From positions 1-58,075 of the forward strand of contig CAYODS010000001.1 in assembly GCA_964402765.1 (NCBI GenBank): DNA of 58,075 bases, given 5' to 3'. This document shows positions 1 to 9,205 of the stretch, one piece after another (within the stretch, counting starts at the first letter, position 1; every line of letters begins with the position of its first letter). The DNA is from an uncultured Halobacteriales archaeon. GTDB lineage: Archaea > Halobacteriota > Halobacteria > Halobacteriales > SW-7-71-33. A program made the position numbers and the translations under genes. A model generated the notes under the pieces. That model searched no databases, was not told the DNA's origin, and was given only the letters and a program-made list of their open reading frames with translations.

Positions 1-1057
1 TCTCGCCCCCGAGCGCCAGTACGAGATGGACGACGGTCGCACCGTGCGGCCCGGTGTGGTCCAGTTCGACCCCCAGGACGAGTACGCCCAGATGCACGAC
101 GACCCCGACCTGGACGACGAAGCGCGCCGGCGCTACGACCGCGAGGGGATCGCCTACGGGGGTCACGACGACACGAAGGCGTTCGTCCCGGAGATCGACG
201 GCGCGACCTACAGCACCGACGACCACCGCGCCGAGCAGGTGCCGTTCTCGGTGCCGTTCTCGATGGTGCGGGGCAACCCCTGGCTGGTCGCCGGCGGCGG
301 CCTGAACGACAACCAGTACGACGCCCTGAACTACCTCATCCGGGAGTTCTTCAAGACACACGGCAGCGACGGCACCTACGAGGAGTTCCGCTCGTACGTC
401 GAGGACCCCGCCCTGCGGGAGGAACTCGACGAGTCCGGGCGCGTGCACGAGGCGACCTTCGACGCGGTGAAGCGCCGTGTTCTCGGCGGCTCCAGCGGCC
501 GGGTGTTCGACGGTCCCGCGCCCTCGATCGAGGAGCGGGTCACGGAGTTCGTCCGTCCCGGCGGCCTGTCGGTGGTGCCGACGTACCACATCAACGACTC
601 CCGGGCCACCGAGACGGTCGTCCTCGCGCTCGCCTCCCTGCTGGTCGACGAGAAACTGTCGAACGACCCCCACCACGAGCGGATAAAGCGCACGCCCCTG
701 GTCGTCGGCATGGACGAGGCGCACAACTTCCTCACCGACGCCGACAGCGTCCAGGCCCGGAAGGTGATCGGCAAGTTCACCGAGGCCGCCAAGCAGGGCC
801 GCAAGGAGCGACTCGGCCTCTTTCTCGTCACCCAGGACCCCCAGGACGTGGCCGACCCCGTGTTCAAGCAGGTGAACACCACCGTCGTCCTGAACCTCGG
901 GGACGAGGACGCCATCCAGAGCGTGAACATCCCGTCCGACTTGGAGGGGAAGGTGCCGTACATGGAGCAGGGCGGGATGGTCGTCCACTCGCCGGACAAC
1001 TCCGACTCCGTCGAACTGATGGGGCTGTCGAACTGTCTGGTCCGGCACGGCGACTGA
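1..1057 (+). CDS. HerA/DUF87-type P-loop ATPase, C-terminal part (5' end outside the window)
   Basis: The frame is open from nt 2 to the stop at 1055-1057, so the ATG at 26 is probably internal. Motifs LVVGMDEAHNFL (Walker-B-like) and RLGLFLVTQDPQDV are typical of HerA/DUF87 ATPases. Composition is acidic. Confidence 0.7.
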   Translation, partial: LAPERQYEMDDGRTVRPGVVQFDPQDEYAQMHDDPDLDDEARRRYDREGIAYGGHDDTKAFVPEIDGATYSTDDHRAEQVPFSVPFSMVRGNPWLVAGGGLNDNQYDALNYLIREFFKTHGSDGTYEEFRSYVEDPALREELDESGRVHEATFDAVKRRVLGGSSGRVFDGPAPSIEERVTEFVRPGGLSVVPTYHINDSRATETVVLALASLLVDEKLSNDPHHERIKRTPLVVGMDEAHNFLTDADSVQARKVIGKFTEAAKQGRKERLGLFLVTQDPQDVADPVFKQVNTTVVLNLGDEDAIQSVNIPSDLEGKVPYMEQGGMVVHSPDNSDSVELMGLSNCLVRHGD

Positions 1058-1106
1058 CTCCTGTCGGGGGCGCCCGATACAAGAGACGGGCGCCCCCAGG
1101 CGGCGT

Positions 1107-1856
1107 ATGGACCTCTCCGAGACGACCTGGACCGACGCCGCCGACGCCGAGACGGGCCTCGCGCTCGTGCCCGTCGGCAGCACCGAGCAACACGGTCCCC
1201 ACGCCCCGCTCGGGACCGACACCTACACCGCCGAGGCGGTCGCCGCTGCCGGTGCCGACCGCCACGAGCGCGAGACCGGCGAGCGACCGGTCGTCGCGCC
1301 GGCGATCCCCGTCGGCGTCGCGGAGGAGCACCGCGCCTTCGCCGGCACGCTGTGGGTGTCGCCGGACACCTTCCGGGCGTACGTCCGCGAGACCGCCGCC
1401 TCGCTCGCGAGTCACGGCTTCGACCGCGTCGTCCTCGTCAACGGCCACGGCGGCAACGTCGACGCCCTCCGCGAGGTCGCCGCCCGACTCACCCGCGACG
1501 GCGACGCCCACGCCGTCCCCTTCACCTGGTTCGAGCACGTCGAGGGAACGGGCGACGGTGAGGTCCCGCCGATGGGCCACGGCGGCGGGCGCGAGACGGC
1601 ACTGCTGCGGGCGACGAGACCCGACCTGGTCCGGGAGGACCGCGTCGAGGCGGCTCGCGAGGGGGCCAGCGACCGGTGGGGCGAGTGGGTCGCCGGCGTC
1701 AACCTGGCACACGACACCGACGAGTTCTCCGAGAACGGCGTCGTCGGCGACCCCACCGAGGGCGACGCCGAGACGGGCGAGCGCCTGCTGTCGACCGCGG
1801 CGGCGGCGCTCGCCGAGGTGTGTGCCGCCGTTGACGAGCGTGCCGCCGACGGGTGA
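1107..1856 (+). CDS. creatininase-family amidohydrolase (ArfB-like)
   Basis: 249-aa ORF with STEQHGPHAPLGTD and LVNGHGGN motifs characteristic of the creatininase/ArfB family. Confidence 0.8.
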   Translation: MDLSETTWTDAADAETGLALVPVGSTEQHGPHAPLGTDTYTAEAVAAAGADRHERETGERPVVAPAIPVGVAEEHRAFAGTLWVSPDTFRAYVRETAASLASHGFDRVVLVNGHGGNVDALREVAARLTRDGDAHAVPFTWFEHVEGTGDGEVPPMGHGGGRETALLRATRPDLVREDRVEAAREGASDRWGEWVAGVNLAHDTDEFSENGVVGDPTEGDAETGERLLSTAAAALAEVCAAVDERAADG

Positions 1857-2398
1857 TCCCTCCCACTCCCGCGCCCCCCGGTGTCCGGTACGACAGCGTT
1901 TTGCGCCCGACGGTCGACGGGCGGCTGTTCGACCGCTCGGACCGCGACATCGTCGAGATCGCCGCCGCCGCGGCCCACGCGACCGGTCTCGCCTGGATGG
2001 AGCGAGCCATCGACGGCGCGCCAGTCTCGCCGGTCGGCCCCGAAGACGGCGACGCGCTGGCCGAAGTCGAGGCCGACCTCGACCGCCGTCCCGCCCACTT
2101 CGCGCTGGCGGCCCGCGACCCGGACTACTGCCGGGAGTTGCTGAAACGGGAGCGAGTCTGCGTGCTGCAGGGCGAACTGGACCGCCGGACGGAGGAGTAC
2201 GTCGTCCTCGCGACCGCCTGGACCGTCGGCGCGCCCCGCCTCGCGCGGGACCGGAGTGCCGTTCTGGCGGCGATGGGCGAGTCCGAGGCGGCGCTGTTCG
2301 AGGGGTTCCAGGCGGTCGAGATCTTCCAGGCCAACAACGTCTGGACGGCGGGGCTCGGACTGAAGCGGGGGCTGTGGGCCGACGCTGACGAGACGTGA
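1853..2398 (+). CDS. hypothetical protein
   Basis: 181-aa ORF whose GTG start overlaps the upstream stop (GTGA). Composition is acidic and third-position GC is high. I recognise no family. An internal ATG at 1997 is an alternative start. Confidence 0.5.
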   Translation: MIPPTPAPPGVRYDSVLRPTVDGRLFDRSDRDIVEIAAAAAHATGLAWMERAIDGAPVSPVGPEDGDALAEVEADLDRRPAHFALAARDPDYCRELLKRERVCVLQGELDRRTEEYVVLATAWTVGAPRLARDRSAVLAAMGESEAALFEGFQAVEIFQANNVWTAGLGLKRGLWADADET

Positions 2399-2405
2399 GG
2401 AGCGG

Positions 2406-2792
2406 TCAGTCGTCGTCCAACTGCTCTTTCAGGCCGGGGACGGTGGCCGCGAGGTCGGTCACCTGGTCGTTCGCGTCCTCGATGTCGGTGACGAGTGCCT
2501 CGAGGTCCTCGATCTCCGCCTGGAGGTCGTCGGCGTCGTCGAAGGCGTCGGCGCGCTGGCCCATCGTGAACCACTTCTTCGCGTCCCGCAGGTGATCGAC
2601 CGCCTCGCCGGCGTCCAGTCCGGTCTTCAGGCCGTTGAGCGCGCCGACGACGTTGTCGGCGTCGACCTCCCAGAACTCCTCGGGGTCCGGCAGGGCGTCG
2701 CGTGCCTCCTCGAGGGCGTCCTCGACGTCGGTGCGCATCTCGGTCGCGGCCTCGCCGAACAGTTCCTCGTCGTCCAGAGCAGACTGGCTCAT
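2406..2792 (-). CDS. small acidic coiled-coil protein, conserved-hypothetical type
   Basis: 128-aa ORF that is very acidic and helical-looking (MSQSALDDEELFGEAATEMRTDVEDALEEARD...). A TTTAAG TATA-like element (complement of 2818-2823) lies 26-31 nt upstream of the ATG at 2792. Confidence 0.7.
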   Translation of the reverse strand: MSQSALDDEELFGEAATEMRTDVEDALEEARDALPDPEEFWEVDADNVVGALNGLKTGLDAGEAVDHLRDAKKWFTMGQRADAFDDADDLQAEIEDLEALVTDIEDANDQVTDLAATVPGLKEQLDDD

Positions 2793-2884
2793 GTGCCGTC
2801 CTTGCGCGTGGTCCCGCTTAAACCCCGCTGAATCGACCGCCCGCGCGTCGTCTGACGCCTCGCCGGCGACTCCGGCCCAGGGAA

Positions 2885-3283
2885 TCAGGTGCCGCCGTCG
2901 TTCCCGTCCCCGTCGCCGCCGGACTTGGACACCGACTCGACCTGCATCAGCGGGTACCCCTCCTCCATCGCCATCCGGGCGAGCACGTCGACGCCGTCGC
3001 GCTCTATCTCGATCTCCACCTCGGCGAACTCGCCGGTGAACTCCGTGTAGCCGTGTGCCTCGGCGGCCGCCGCGAGCGCCTCCCGGCGCGGGTCGACTCG
3101 CACGGCGCGGCAGTGGGGCTGGTTCTCGATGGCGCTCTCGGCGGCACGGGCCAGGTCGTCAACGCTTCCCGGCGCGACCGGCGTCCCCGCGAACTGGTGG
3201 TACAGCGAGCCGAACTTCACGCCCGCCTCGAAACAGGCCACCTCGCGGTCGGTCGGCTCCTCGTCGGGTCGGTCGTCGGTCAT
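2885..3283 (-). CDS. dihydroneopterin aldolase family protein (archaeal MptD-like)
   Basis: Start set at ATG 3283 (MTDDRPDEE...). The FEAGVKFGSLYHQFAGTPV motif matches my recollection of the COG2098/MptD family. The longer ORF to 3361 adds a basic, atypical N-terminus. Confidence 0.6.
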   Translation of the reverse strand: MTDDRPDEEPTDREVACFEAGVKFGSLYHQFAGTPVAPGSVDDLARAAESAIENQPHCRAVRVDPRREALAAAAEAHGYTEFTGEFAEVEIEIERDGVDVLARMAMEEGYPLMQVESVSKSGGDGDGNDGGT

Positions 3284-3348
3284 GGCCGTTCCAGCGGGAG
3301 GCCGGACAAGACCGTTTCTCTCCGCGACTCTCGTGGACCCCCGGACGA

Positions 3349-3477
3349 CCCCGAGAGCCACTGGCGGCTCGGGTCGCGCGGGTCGCCGCGGTCCTCAGAT
3401 CGCTCTCCGTGATCTCTCGTCCATCCTTGGTCGGCCCCGAGAGCCCCCGGCGGCTCGACTCGGTGCGGTCGCTGCGC
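3349..3477. repeat. about 40-nt imperfect direct repeat (2 copies, about 86 nt apart) in a long intergenic spacer
   Basis: Copy 1 starts at 3349: ccccgagagccactggcggctcgggtcgcgcgggtcgccgcg. Copy 2 starts at 3435: ccccgagagcccccggcggctcgactcggtgcggtcgctgcg. A second degenerate pair (cgctgcgc..tcggtc..tccctcg) lies at about 3469-3520 and about 3603-3650. Confidence 0.6.
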
Positions 3478-3745
3478 GCTTCGCTCGGTCGCCGTGCTCC
3501 CTCGTTGCAGTGCTTGCGTCCCGCGCCATCGTCGAGCCGCCGGCCCCTCTCCGTCCCACCCGCCGCGACCGCCGCCTCACGCCTCCCCAGCCTCCTCCCT
3601 CCCTCGCTGCGCTCGGTCAGTCGTCCCTCGCACGCGTCGAGTCACGCGCACCCCGAATCTGACCTCCGGGCCGCATCGCCTCTCGCTCCCGTCGCTGCCG
3701 GGTCCGACCGTGGCGGTTATGCCCGCGACCCGCCGATCGCCGTCG

Positions 3746-4261
3746 ATGAGCGTGTACGAGCGGTCGGTGCGGGTCGCCGCGCCGCTGTCCGAGGTGTGGG
3801 AGTTTCACTCGACGCCGGCGGGGCTGACCGCGCTCACGCCCGGCTGGATGAACCTCCGCGTCGAGGCGGTTCGCCTGCCGAGCGCCGAGGGCGACGGCGG
3901 CACCGAGACCGTCGCCGCCGACGAGGAGCCGACGCTCGTCGCCGGGTCCGAACTCGACCTCTCGGTGCGGCCGCTGGGCGTCGGCCCGCGCCAGGGGTGG
4001 ACCTCGCGGATCGTCGACCGCCGGATCGGCGACGGCGCCGCTCGCTTCGTCGACGACATGGTCGAGGGCCCGTTCGCCCACTGGGAGCACACCCACTCCT
4101 TCTACGCCGACGGCGACGAGACACTCCTGCGGGACCGCGTGGAGTACCGCCTGCCGGGCGGTCGGGCCGGCGGGGCACTGAGCCCGCTCGCGGTGGTCGG
4201 CTTCGAGCCGATGTTCCGGCACCGCCACCGCCGCACGCGGGCGCTGCTGGCACACGACTGA
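3746..4261 (+). CDS. SRPBCC-superfamily protein (polyketide cyclase/dehydrase-like)
   Basis: MSVYERSVRVAAPLSEVWEFHSTP is a typical SRPBCC N-terminus. A GGTTATG TATA-like element at 3714-3720 sits 26-32 nt upstream of ATG 3746. ORF-track starts further upstream add Pro/Arg-rich sequence. Confidence 0.7.
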   Translation: MSVYERSVRVAAPLSEVWEFHSTPAGLTALTPGWMNLRVEAVRLPSAEGDGGTETVAADEEPTLVAGSELDLSVRPLGVGPRQGWTSRIVDRRIGDGAARFVDDMVEGPFAHWEHTHSFYADGDETLLRDRVEYRLPGGRAGGALSPLAVVGFEPMFRHRHRRTRALLAHD

Positions 4262-4346
4262 CCGCCGACGGCGGGCGCCGGTCAGACCCCGACGGTCGTT
4301 GCCGCTGCGGGGGGAGTTATCCGGCTGGCCCTCGAAACAGGGTGAC

Positions 4347-4970
4347 ATGTCCGAGCACGACGTGGCGGTGGTCGGCGGCGGCCCCGCCGGCCTGAGTGCC
4401 GCCCTGTTCACCGCGAAGAACGGACTCTCGACGGTCGTCTTCGACACCGACGACACCTGGATGCACAGCGCGCACCTGTTCAACTACCTCGGGGTCGGCT
4501 CCGTCGACGGCGACGCCTTTCTGGAGACCGCCCGCCAGCAGGCCGCCGACTTCGGTGCCGAGCGCCACCACGCCGAGGTAACCGACGTCGAGGCCGACGG
4601 CGATGGGTTCACGCTCACCGTCGCGGACGAGGACGACGGCGAGGGCGACGCCGCCGGCGAGCACACGGCGTCGTACGTGGTCTTGGCGACCGGCGCCGAC
4701 CGCTCGCTGGCGGAGGCGCTTGGCTGTGACTTCACCGACGAGGACACCGTCGAGGTGGACGTGACGATGGAGACCTCAGTGGCGGACGCCTACGCGACGG
4801 GGGCGATGGTCCGCGCCGAGGAGTGGCAGGCGGTCATCTCCGCCGGTGACGGTGCTGCCGCGGCCTTGAACGTGCTCACGAAGGAGCGCGGCGAGCACTT
4901 CCACGACTTCGACACCCCCGACACCGCGGACGAGGTGTTCGGCGGGATGGTCGACGCCGCCGACGACTGA
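4347..4970 (+). CDS. FAD-dependent oxidoreductase (short thioredoxin-reductase-like)
   Basis: MSEHDVAVVGGGPAGLSAALFTAKNG is a dinucleotide-binding GxGxxG fold. The C-terminal ATGAMVRAE...GDGAAAA is a FAD motif. 207 aa. Confidence 0.75.
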   Translation: MSEHDVAVVGGGPAGLSAALFTAKNGLSTVVFDTDDTWMHSAHLFNYLGVGSVDGDAFLETARQQAADFGAERHHAEVTDVEADGDGFTLTVADEDDGEGDAAGEHTASYVVLATGADRSLAEALGCDFTDEDTVEVDVTMETSVADAYATGAMVRAEEWQAVISAGDGAAAALNVLTKERGEHFHDFDTPDTADEVFGGMVDAADD

Positions 4971-5124
4971 CCCGTCGGCACCGGCACGGGTGCCGCGGGC
5001 GGTACTGGTAAACCGGCGGCGTCCCGACCGGCGGGCGGTGGCCGACGCGACCCGAACCTCCGAGACGCCGAACGAGGCGAAGTCACCCGCCGGTGGCGTC
5101 CGACGCCGGGTCGCCCGTGCGCCG

Positions 5125-6018
5125 ATGGCGGCACTCGCCGTCGCCGTCGCCGCCGTCTCCACGTCGGCGATCCTCGTCCGGTACAGCGCCGCCCCGGACG
5201 GCGTGAAGGCGCTGTACCGCGTGCTGTTCATGACCGCCCTCGTCGCGCCGGTCGCGCTGGGACGAGGGCGGGGACGGACGGCGCTGCGGTCGCTCTCCCG
5301 GCGGGACCTGGGTGTGGCGGCCGTCGCCGGGGCGGCGCTCGCGGTCCACTTCTTCGCGTGGTTCAGAAGCGTCGAGTTGACGACCGTCGCCGCGAGCGTC
5401 ACGCTGGTCCAGACCCAGCCGGTGTTCGTCGCGATCGGTGCCTACCTCGTGTTGCGAGAGCCACCCGAGCGGGCCGCAGTCGCGGGGATCGGGGTCGCCG
5501 TGGTCGGCGCTGCGGTGATGGCCGTCGGCGAGTCGGGGTCACTCGCCGGCGACAGCGCCGTCGGCAACGCCCTCGCGGTGGTCGGCGCGGTGATGATGGC
5601 CGTCTACGTCCTCGTCGGGCGGGACCTCCGCCAGCGTGTCCCGCTGTTCCCGTACGTCACCGTGGTGTACGCGGCGGCGACCGCCGTCCTGCTCGTGCTG
5701 GTGGTCGTCCGCGGCCTGGAGTCGGGCGTCGTGGCGTACCTACTCGCGTACCCGCCCCGGGAGTACCTGCTGTTCGCGGCGATGGCGCTCGGGCCCGGTC
5801 TGCTGGGCCACACCGTCGTCAACTGGGCGCTGGAACACGTCGAGTCCGAGGTGGTGAGTGTCACGCTGCTTGGTGAACCCCTCGGGAGTGCCGTCCTCGC
5901 CGTGCTGTTGCTCTCGGAGGTGCCGCCGCCGTCGACGGTCGTCGGCGGCGCGGTGGTCCTCGCGGGGATCTACGTGACCGCCCGGACGAGGACGGAGCGC
6001 GACGACGCCGGGCGGTGA
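5125..6018 (+). CDS. EamA/DMT-family transporter
   Basis: About 10 hydrophobic helices in two similar halves, as in EamA-like proteins. Start chosen at ATG 5125. GTG 4990 is an alternative that adds a basic 45-aa tail. Confidence 0.8.
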   Translation: MAALAVAVAAVSTSAILVRYSAAPDGVKALYRVLFMTALVAPVALGRGRGRTALRSLSRRDLGVAAVAGAALAVHFFAWFRSVELTTVAASVTLVQTQPVFVAIGAYLVLREPPERAAVAGIGVAVVGAAVMAVGESGSLAGDSAVGNALAVVGAVMMAVYVLVGRDLRQRVPLFPYVTVVYAAATAVLLVLVVVRGLESGVVAYLLAYPPREYLLFAAMALGPGLLGHTVVNWALEHVESEVVSVTLLGEPLGSAVLAVLLLSEVPPPSTVVGGAVVLAGIYVTARTRTERDDAGR

Positions 6019-6032
6019 GTCCGTGCCGCCGA

Positions 6033-6608
6033 TCACTCCACCGGCGCCTCGACCGTGGTCTCGGTCCCGGTCCCGTCGGTGACGGTCATCTCGACCCGCG
6101 CGGGTCGCTCGCTCCCCACGGCCACCCTGACGAGCGCCACCGGGTACGTGGGGGCGTTGTCCCCCTTCTCGGGGTCCGCACCCCTCGCCACCGCCGCGCC
6201 CGTGATCCGCTCGTCGGTCCGGGCCAGGTCCGTCACCTCCACCCCGGACGGGTTCGACTTCGGCCACCGGGAGACGACCGACACCAGGATCTCGGTGTCG
6301 TACGCCGTCGTCTCGACGAACCCCTCCGCGGTTCCGCTCTGTCCCTCGGTGAGTGCGCCGAACCGGCGACCCTCGTCTACGTCGTCGAGCGGGACCCCTT
6401 CCCGTGCCGCACTCGCGGTCGTGAACACGTCGATCGCTGCCGTCGCCCCGTTCAGCGGATTCCGCGACGCACGGAACGCTCCCATCTGGAACGTGTCGTA
6501 CCCGACGCTGCCCGACGGCGTGTCGTCGGAGACACACCCGCCGAGGAGTGCCGAGAGTGCGGTCCCGGCACCTGCCAGGATCGTTCGCCGGTGTCGTGTC
6601 ACGAGCAC
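6033..6608 (-). CDS. Tat-signal lipoprotein, hypothetical
   Basis: The N-terminus TRHRRTILAGAGTALSALLGGC is a twin-arginine motif followed by a lipobox Cys. GTG start. Confidence 0.7.
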   Translation of the reverse strand: MLVTRHRRTILAGAGTALSALLGGCVSDDTPSGSVGYDTFQMGAFRASRNPLNGATAAIDVFTTASAAREGVPLDDVDEGRRFGALTEGQSGTAEGFVETTAYDTEILVSVVSRWPKSNPSGVEVTDLARTDERITGAAVARGADPEKGDNAPTYPVALVRVAVGSERPARVEMTVTDGTGTETTVEAPVE

Positions 6609-6713
6609 CCTTGCCCGTCGAGGGGTGTACCCTTTCCCCAGACTGAAAGGATCGTTTCAGGAACGGGCTCACGCGGACTCGTGCCCTCTCACAGGTTAGG
6701 GCCCCCGAGACGG

Positions 6714-7319
6714 TCAGTCGTCGGCGGTGGCGTCGGTGCCGAGGTCGCGGGTGGTGTGTGGGTGCTGGCCGGCGACGGCGATGAGCGCGTCGACGTCGAT
6801 CAGCCCGATCCGCTCGGTGACCTCGTCGCCGTCACGGCGACGGGCGACGCCCTCGACGAGCGGGTGGTCGCCGTTGGGGGCGTCGTCGGGGTCGGCGCGG
6901 TCGATCTGGCTGACCGGGATCGGTTCGACGCCGACGATACGGTCGATCCGGACGCCCACCGGTTGTTGCCCGTCGTCGGTCTGGAAGGCGACGACGAACT
7001 GCCTGTCCCACTCGTTCGGCGCCGCGGGGAGGTCGAGCAGGTCCCACGGGTTGATGACGACGGTGATCGACCCCCGGATGTCGATGACGCCGTCGACGGC
7101 GTCGGCGGTGCGCGGGACCCGCGTGAGGGGGGTGGTCCTGATCACCTCCTCGACTTCGAGCACGGGGGCACCGTACAGGTGCCCGCCCAGGTCGAACACC
7201 GTGATGCGCTCCGTCTCCTCCTGGGGCTCGTCGACGTCGAGCACCGACTCCTCGTCCTCCTCAAGGAGGTCGGACTCCACGTCGACGTCCATCAGTTCCT
7301 CCGGCAACTCACCGGACAT
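6714..7319 (-). CDS. cheW: chemotaxis coupling protein CheW
   Basis: CheW-like domain (VFDLGGHLYGAPVLEVEEVIR...VIDIRGSITVVINPWDLL). Start set at ATG 7319 (MSGELPEEL) with the palindromic TAACGTTA / TATA-like element at 7346-7355, 27-33 nt upstream. The ORF extension to 7523 would cover the divergent cheY promoter. Confidence 0.9.
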   Translation of the reverse strand: MSGELPEELMDVDVESDLLEEDEESVLDVDEPQEETERITVFDLGGHLYGAPVLEVEEVIRTTPLTRVPRTADAVDGVIDIRGSITVVINPWDLLDLPAAPNEWDRQFVVAFQTDDGQQPVGVRIDRIVGVEPIPVSQIDRADPDDAPNGDHPLVEGVARRRDGDEVTERIGLIDVDALIAVAGQHPHTTRDLGTDATADD

Positions 7320-7482
7320 CGTACCCGCTACTGCTCCGCCGGGACACATAACGTTACTCCCCGTTCGACCCCGCCGTGGCGCCGTCCCCTCCCGTCCCGG
7401 GCTGGGTCGTCGCGTCGTTTCCCGTGGAGCGGCAACAGCATTTATGTCGTCCCCCCCGATACTGACCATCGGTGAAACCCGG

Positions 7483-7848
7483 ATGGCGAAAGAGGTCCTC
7501 ATCGTGGACGACTCCCAGTTCATGCGCAGTCTGCTGGAGCAGATCCTCGAGGACGACGATTACGTGATCGTGGAGGAGGCGGCCAACGGGGCGGAGGCGG
7601 TGAAACACTACCGGGAGCACGAGCCCGACATCGTGATGATGGACATCGTGATGCCGAAGTGCAACGGCATCAAGGCCACGGCGGCGATCAAGAAACTCGA
7701 CCGGGACTCTCGCGTGATCATGTGCACCTCCGTCGGCCAGCGCGAGAAGATGAAACTCGCCGTCAAGGCCGGTGCCGACGGCTACGTGACGAAGCCGTTC
7801 GAGGAGCCAAGCGTCCGCAAGGCCATCCAGGACGTCGCAGCCGCCTGA
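7483..7848 (+). CDS. cheY: chemotaxis response regulator CheY
   Basis: 121-aa single receiver domain (VLIVDDSQFMR, DIVMMDIVMP, YVTKPF). A TTTATG element lies at 7441-7446 upstream. Confidence 0.95.
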   Translation: MAKEVLIVDDSQFMRSLLEQILEDDDYVIVEEAANGAEAVKHYREHEPDIVMMDIVMPKCNGIKATAAIKKLDRDSRVIMCTSVGQREKMKLAVKAGADGYVTKPFEEPSVRKAIQDVAAA

Positions 7849-7855
7849 CGTTCCG

Positions 7856-9205
7856 ATGACCGGCGTTCTCGTCGTCGACGACTCCCGGTTCGTTCGTGAC
7901 GTCGTCGGTGACGCGCTGACCGATCACGGCTTCGAGGTCGCCATCGTCAGCGACGGCCACGATGCGGTCGAGTACACCGTCGCCCACGACCCGGACGTGG
8001 TGACGATGGACGTCGAGATGCCCGGTATGGACGGTATCGAGGCCACCGAGCGGATAATGGAGGAGAACCCCACGCCGGTCGTGATGCTGGCTGCCGACGA
8101 CGACGCCGACGCCACCCTCAGCGCGATCGCCAGCGGTGCCGTCGACTTCGTCGGCAAGGGCGGCGACCGCGACGACGTCGACGTCGAGACGGTCGCGGAC
8201 GAACTCGTCCGCACCGTCGAGGCCGTCGCCGGCACCCCGACGGACACGCTCACCAGGGGCACCCCCGGCGACGGCGACACGGACACGACCACGGCGGTGG
8301 ACGCCACGGACGACACGACGGCGATCGACGACGCGACCGCGACCGTCGACGACGTGGTGACCGACCTGACGGCGACCCCCGACGGGACCGACGAGACGAC
8401 CGAGGACCCGCCCGTCGACGGGTCGCGTGATGCCGTGGACACCGGACGGTCGGACGGAGGCGACGCCGACGACGTGGACGTGACCGACGGGGACACGGTG
8501 CGCGCCCGCCCCGCCCGTGCCGACGTGGACCCGGGCGAGATGGCGACCCGTGTCGCCCGGGCGGCAAGCGCCGTCGCGGACGAGGGGACGCCGACGACGG
8601 TCGTCGTCGGTGCCTCGACGGGCGGTCCCGGGATCGTCGAGGGGCTGTTGGCCGCGCTTCCGACCGGGATCGGCGCGCGGGTGGTCGTCGTCCAGCACAT
8701 GCCCGAGGCGTTCACCGGCCGGCTGGCGCTCCGCCTGGACGGCGTCAGCGACTACGACGTGCAGGAGGTGACCGCGGAAACCCGCGTCTCGCCCGACGAG
8801 GCCGTTCTCGCGAGCGGTGACCGGCACCTGGAGGTCGTCGAGGACGACGGCACCGACCTGGTCGTGGCGCCGCTTGACGGTGACCCGGTGAACAACGTCC
8901 GGCCCTCGGTCGACGTGACGATGGTCTCCGCCGCCGCGGTCCACGACCCCCTCGACCCGCTGGTCGGCGTCGTGCTCACGGGGATGGGCAGCGACGGCGC
9001 CCGGGGGACCGAGGCCATCGCCGACGCGGGCGGGGCGACGATCGCACAGGACCGACAGAGCAGTCCCGTCTACGGGATGCCGGGGTCGGCGGTCGACACG
9101 GGTGCCGTCGACCGCGTCGCGTCGGTCGACGCCCTCCCGGCGGCGGTCCGGGACGCGGTTCGCGACCAGCAACGGGAACGGCAGCGAGAGGAGGCACACG
9201 CATGA
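7856..9205 (+). CDS. cheB: protein-glutamate methylesterase/glutaminase CheB with extended Thr/Asp-rich linker
   Basis: N-terminal receiver (VLVVDDSRF, VVTMDVEMPGMDG) plus C-terminal methylesterase (VVVGASTGGPG, QHMPEAFT, LTGMGSDGA). The stop overlaps the cheA start (ATGA). Confidence 0.93.
   Translation: MTGVLVVDDSRFVRDVVGDALTDHGFEVAIVSDGHDAVEYTVAHDPDVVTMDVEMPGMDGIEATERIMEENPTPVVMLAADDDADATLSAIASGAVDFVGKGGDRDDVDVETVADELVRTVEAVAGTPTDTLTRGTPGDGDTDTTTAVDATDDTTAIDDATATVDDVVTDLTATPDGTDETTEDPPVDGSRDAVDTGRSDGGDADDVDVTDGDTVRARPARADVDPGEMATRVARAASAVADEGTPTTVVVGASTGGPGIVEGLLAALPTGIGARVVVVQHMPEAFTGRLALRLDGVSDYDVQEVTAETRVSPDEAVLASGDRHLEVVEDDGTDLVVAPLDGDPVNNVRPSVDVTMVSAAAVHDPLDPLVGVVLTGMGSDGARGTEAIADAGGATIAQDRQSSPVYGMPGSAVDTGAVDRVASVDALPAAVRDAVRDQQRERQREEAHA

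Noticed and set aside
3055-4395. 446-aa ORF spanning the repeat-rich spacer and the SRPBCC gene in another frame.
   Set aside because: The product is extremely Arg/Pro/Ser-rich and overlaps two supported genes, which is a typical GC-rich spurious frame.
7320-7523. Longer cheW ORF starting at 7523.
   Set aside because: The extra 68 residues are basic and unlike CheW. They would cover the divergent cheY promoter. ATG 7319 has its own upstream TATA-like element.
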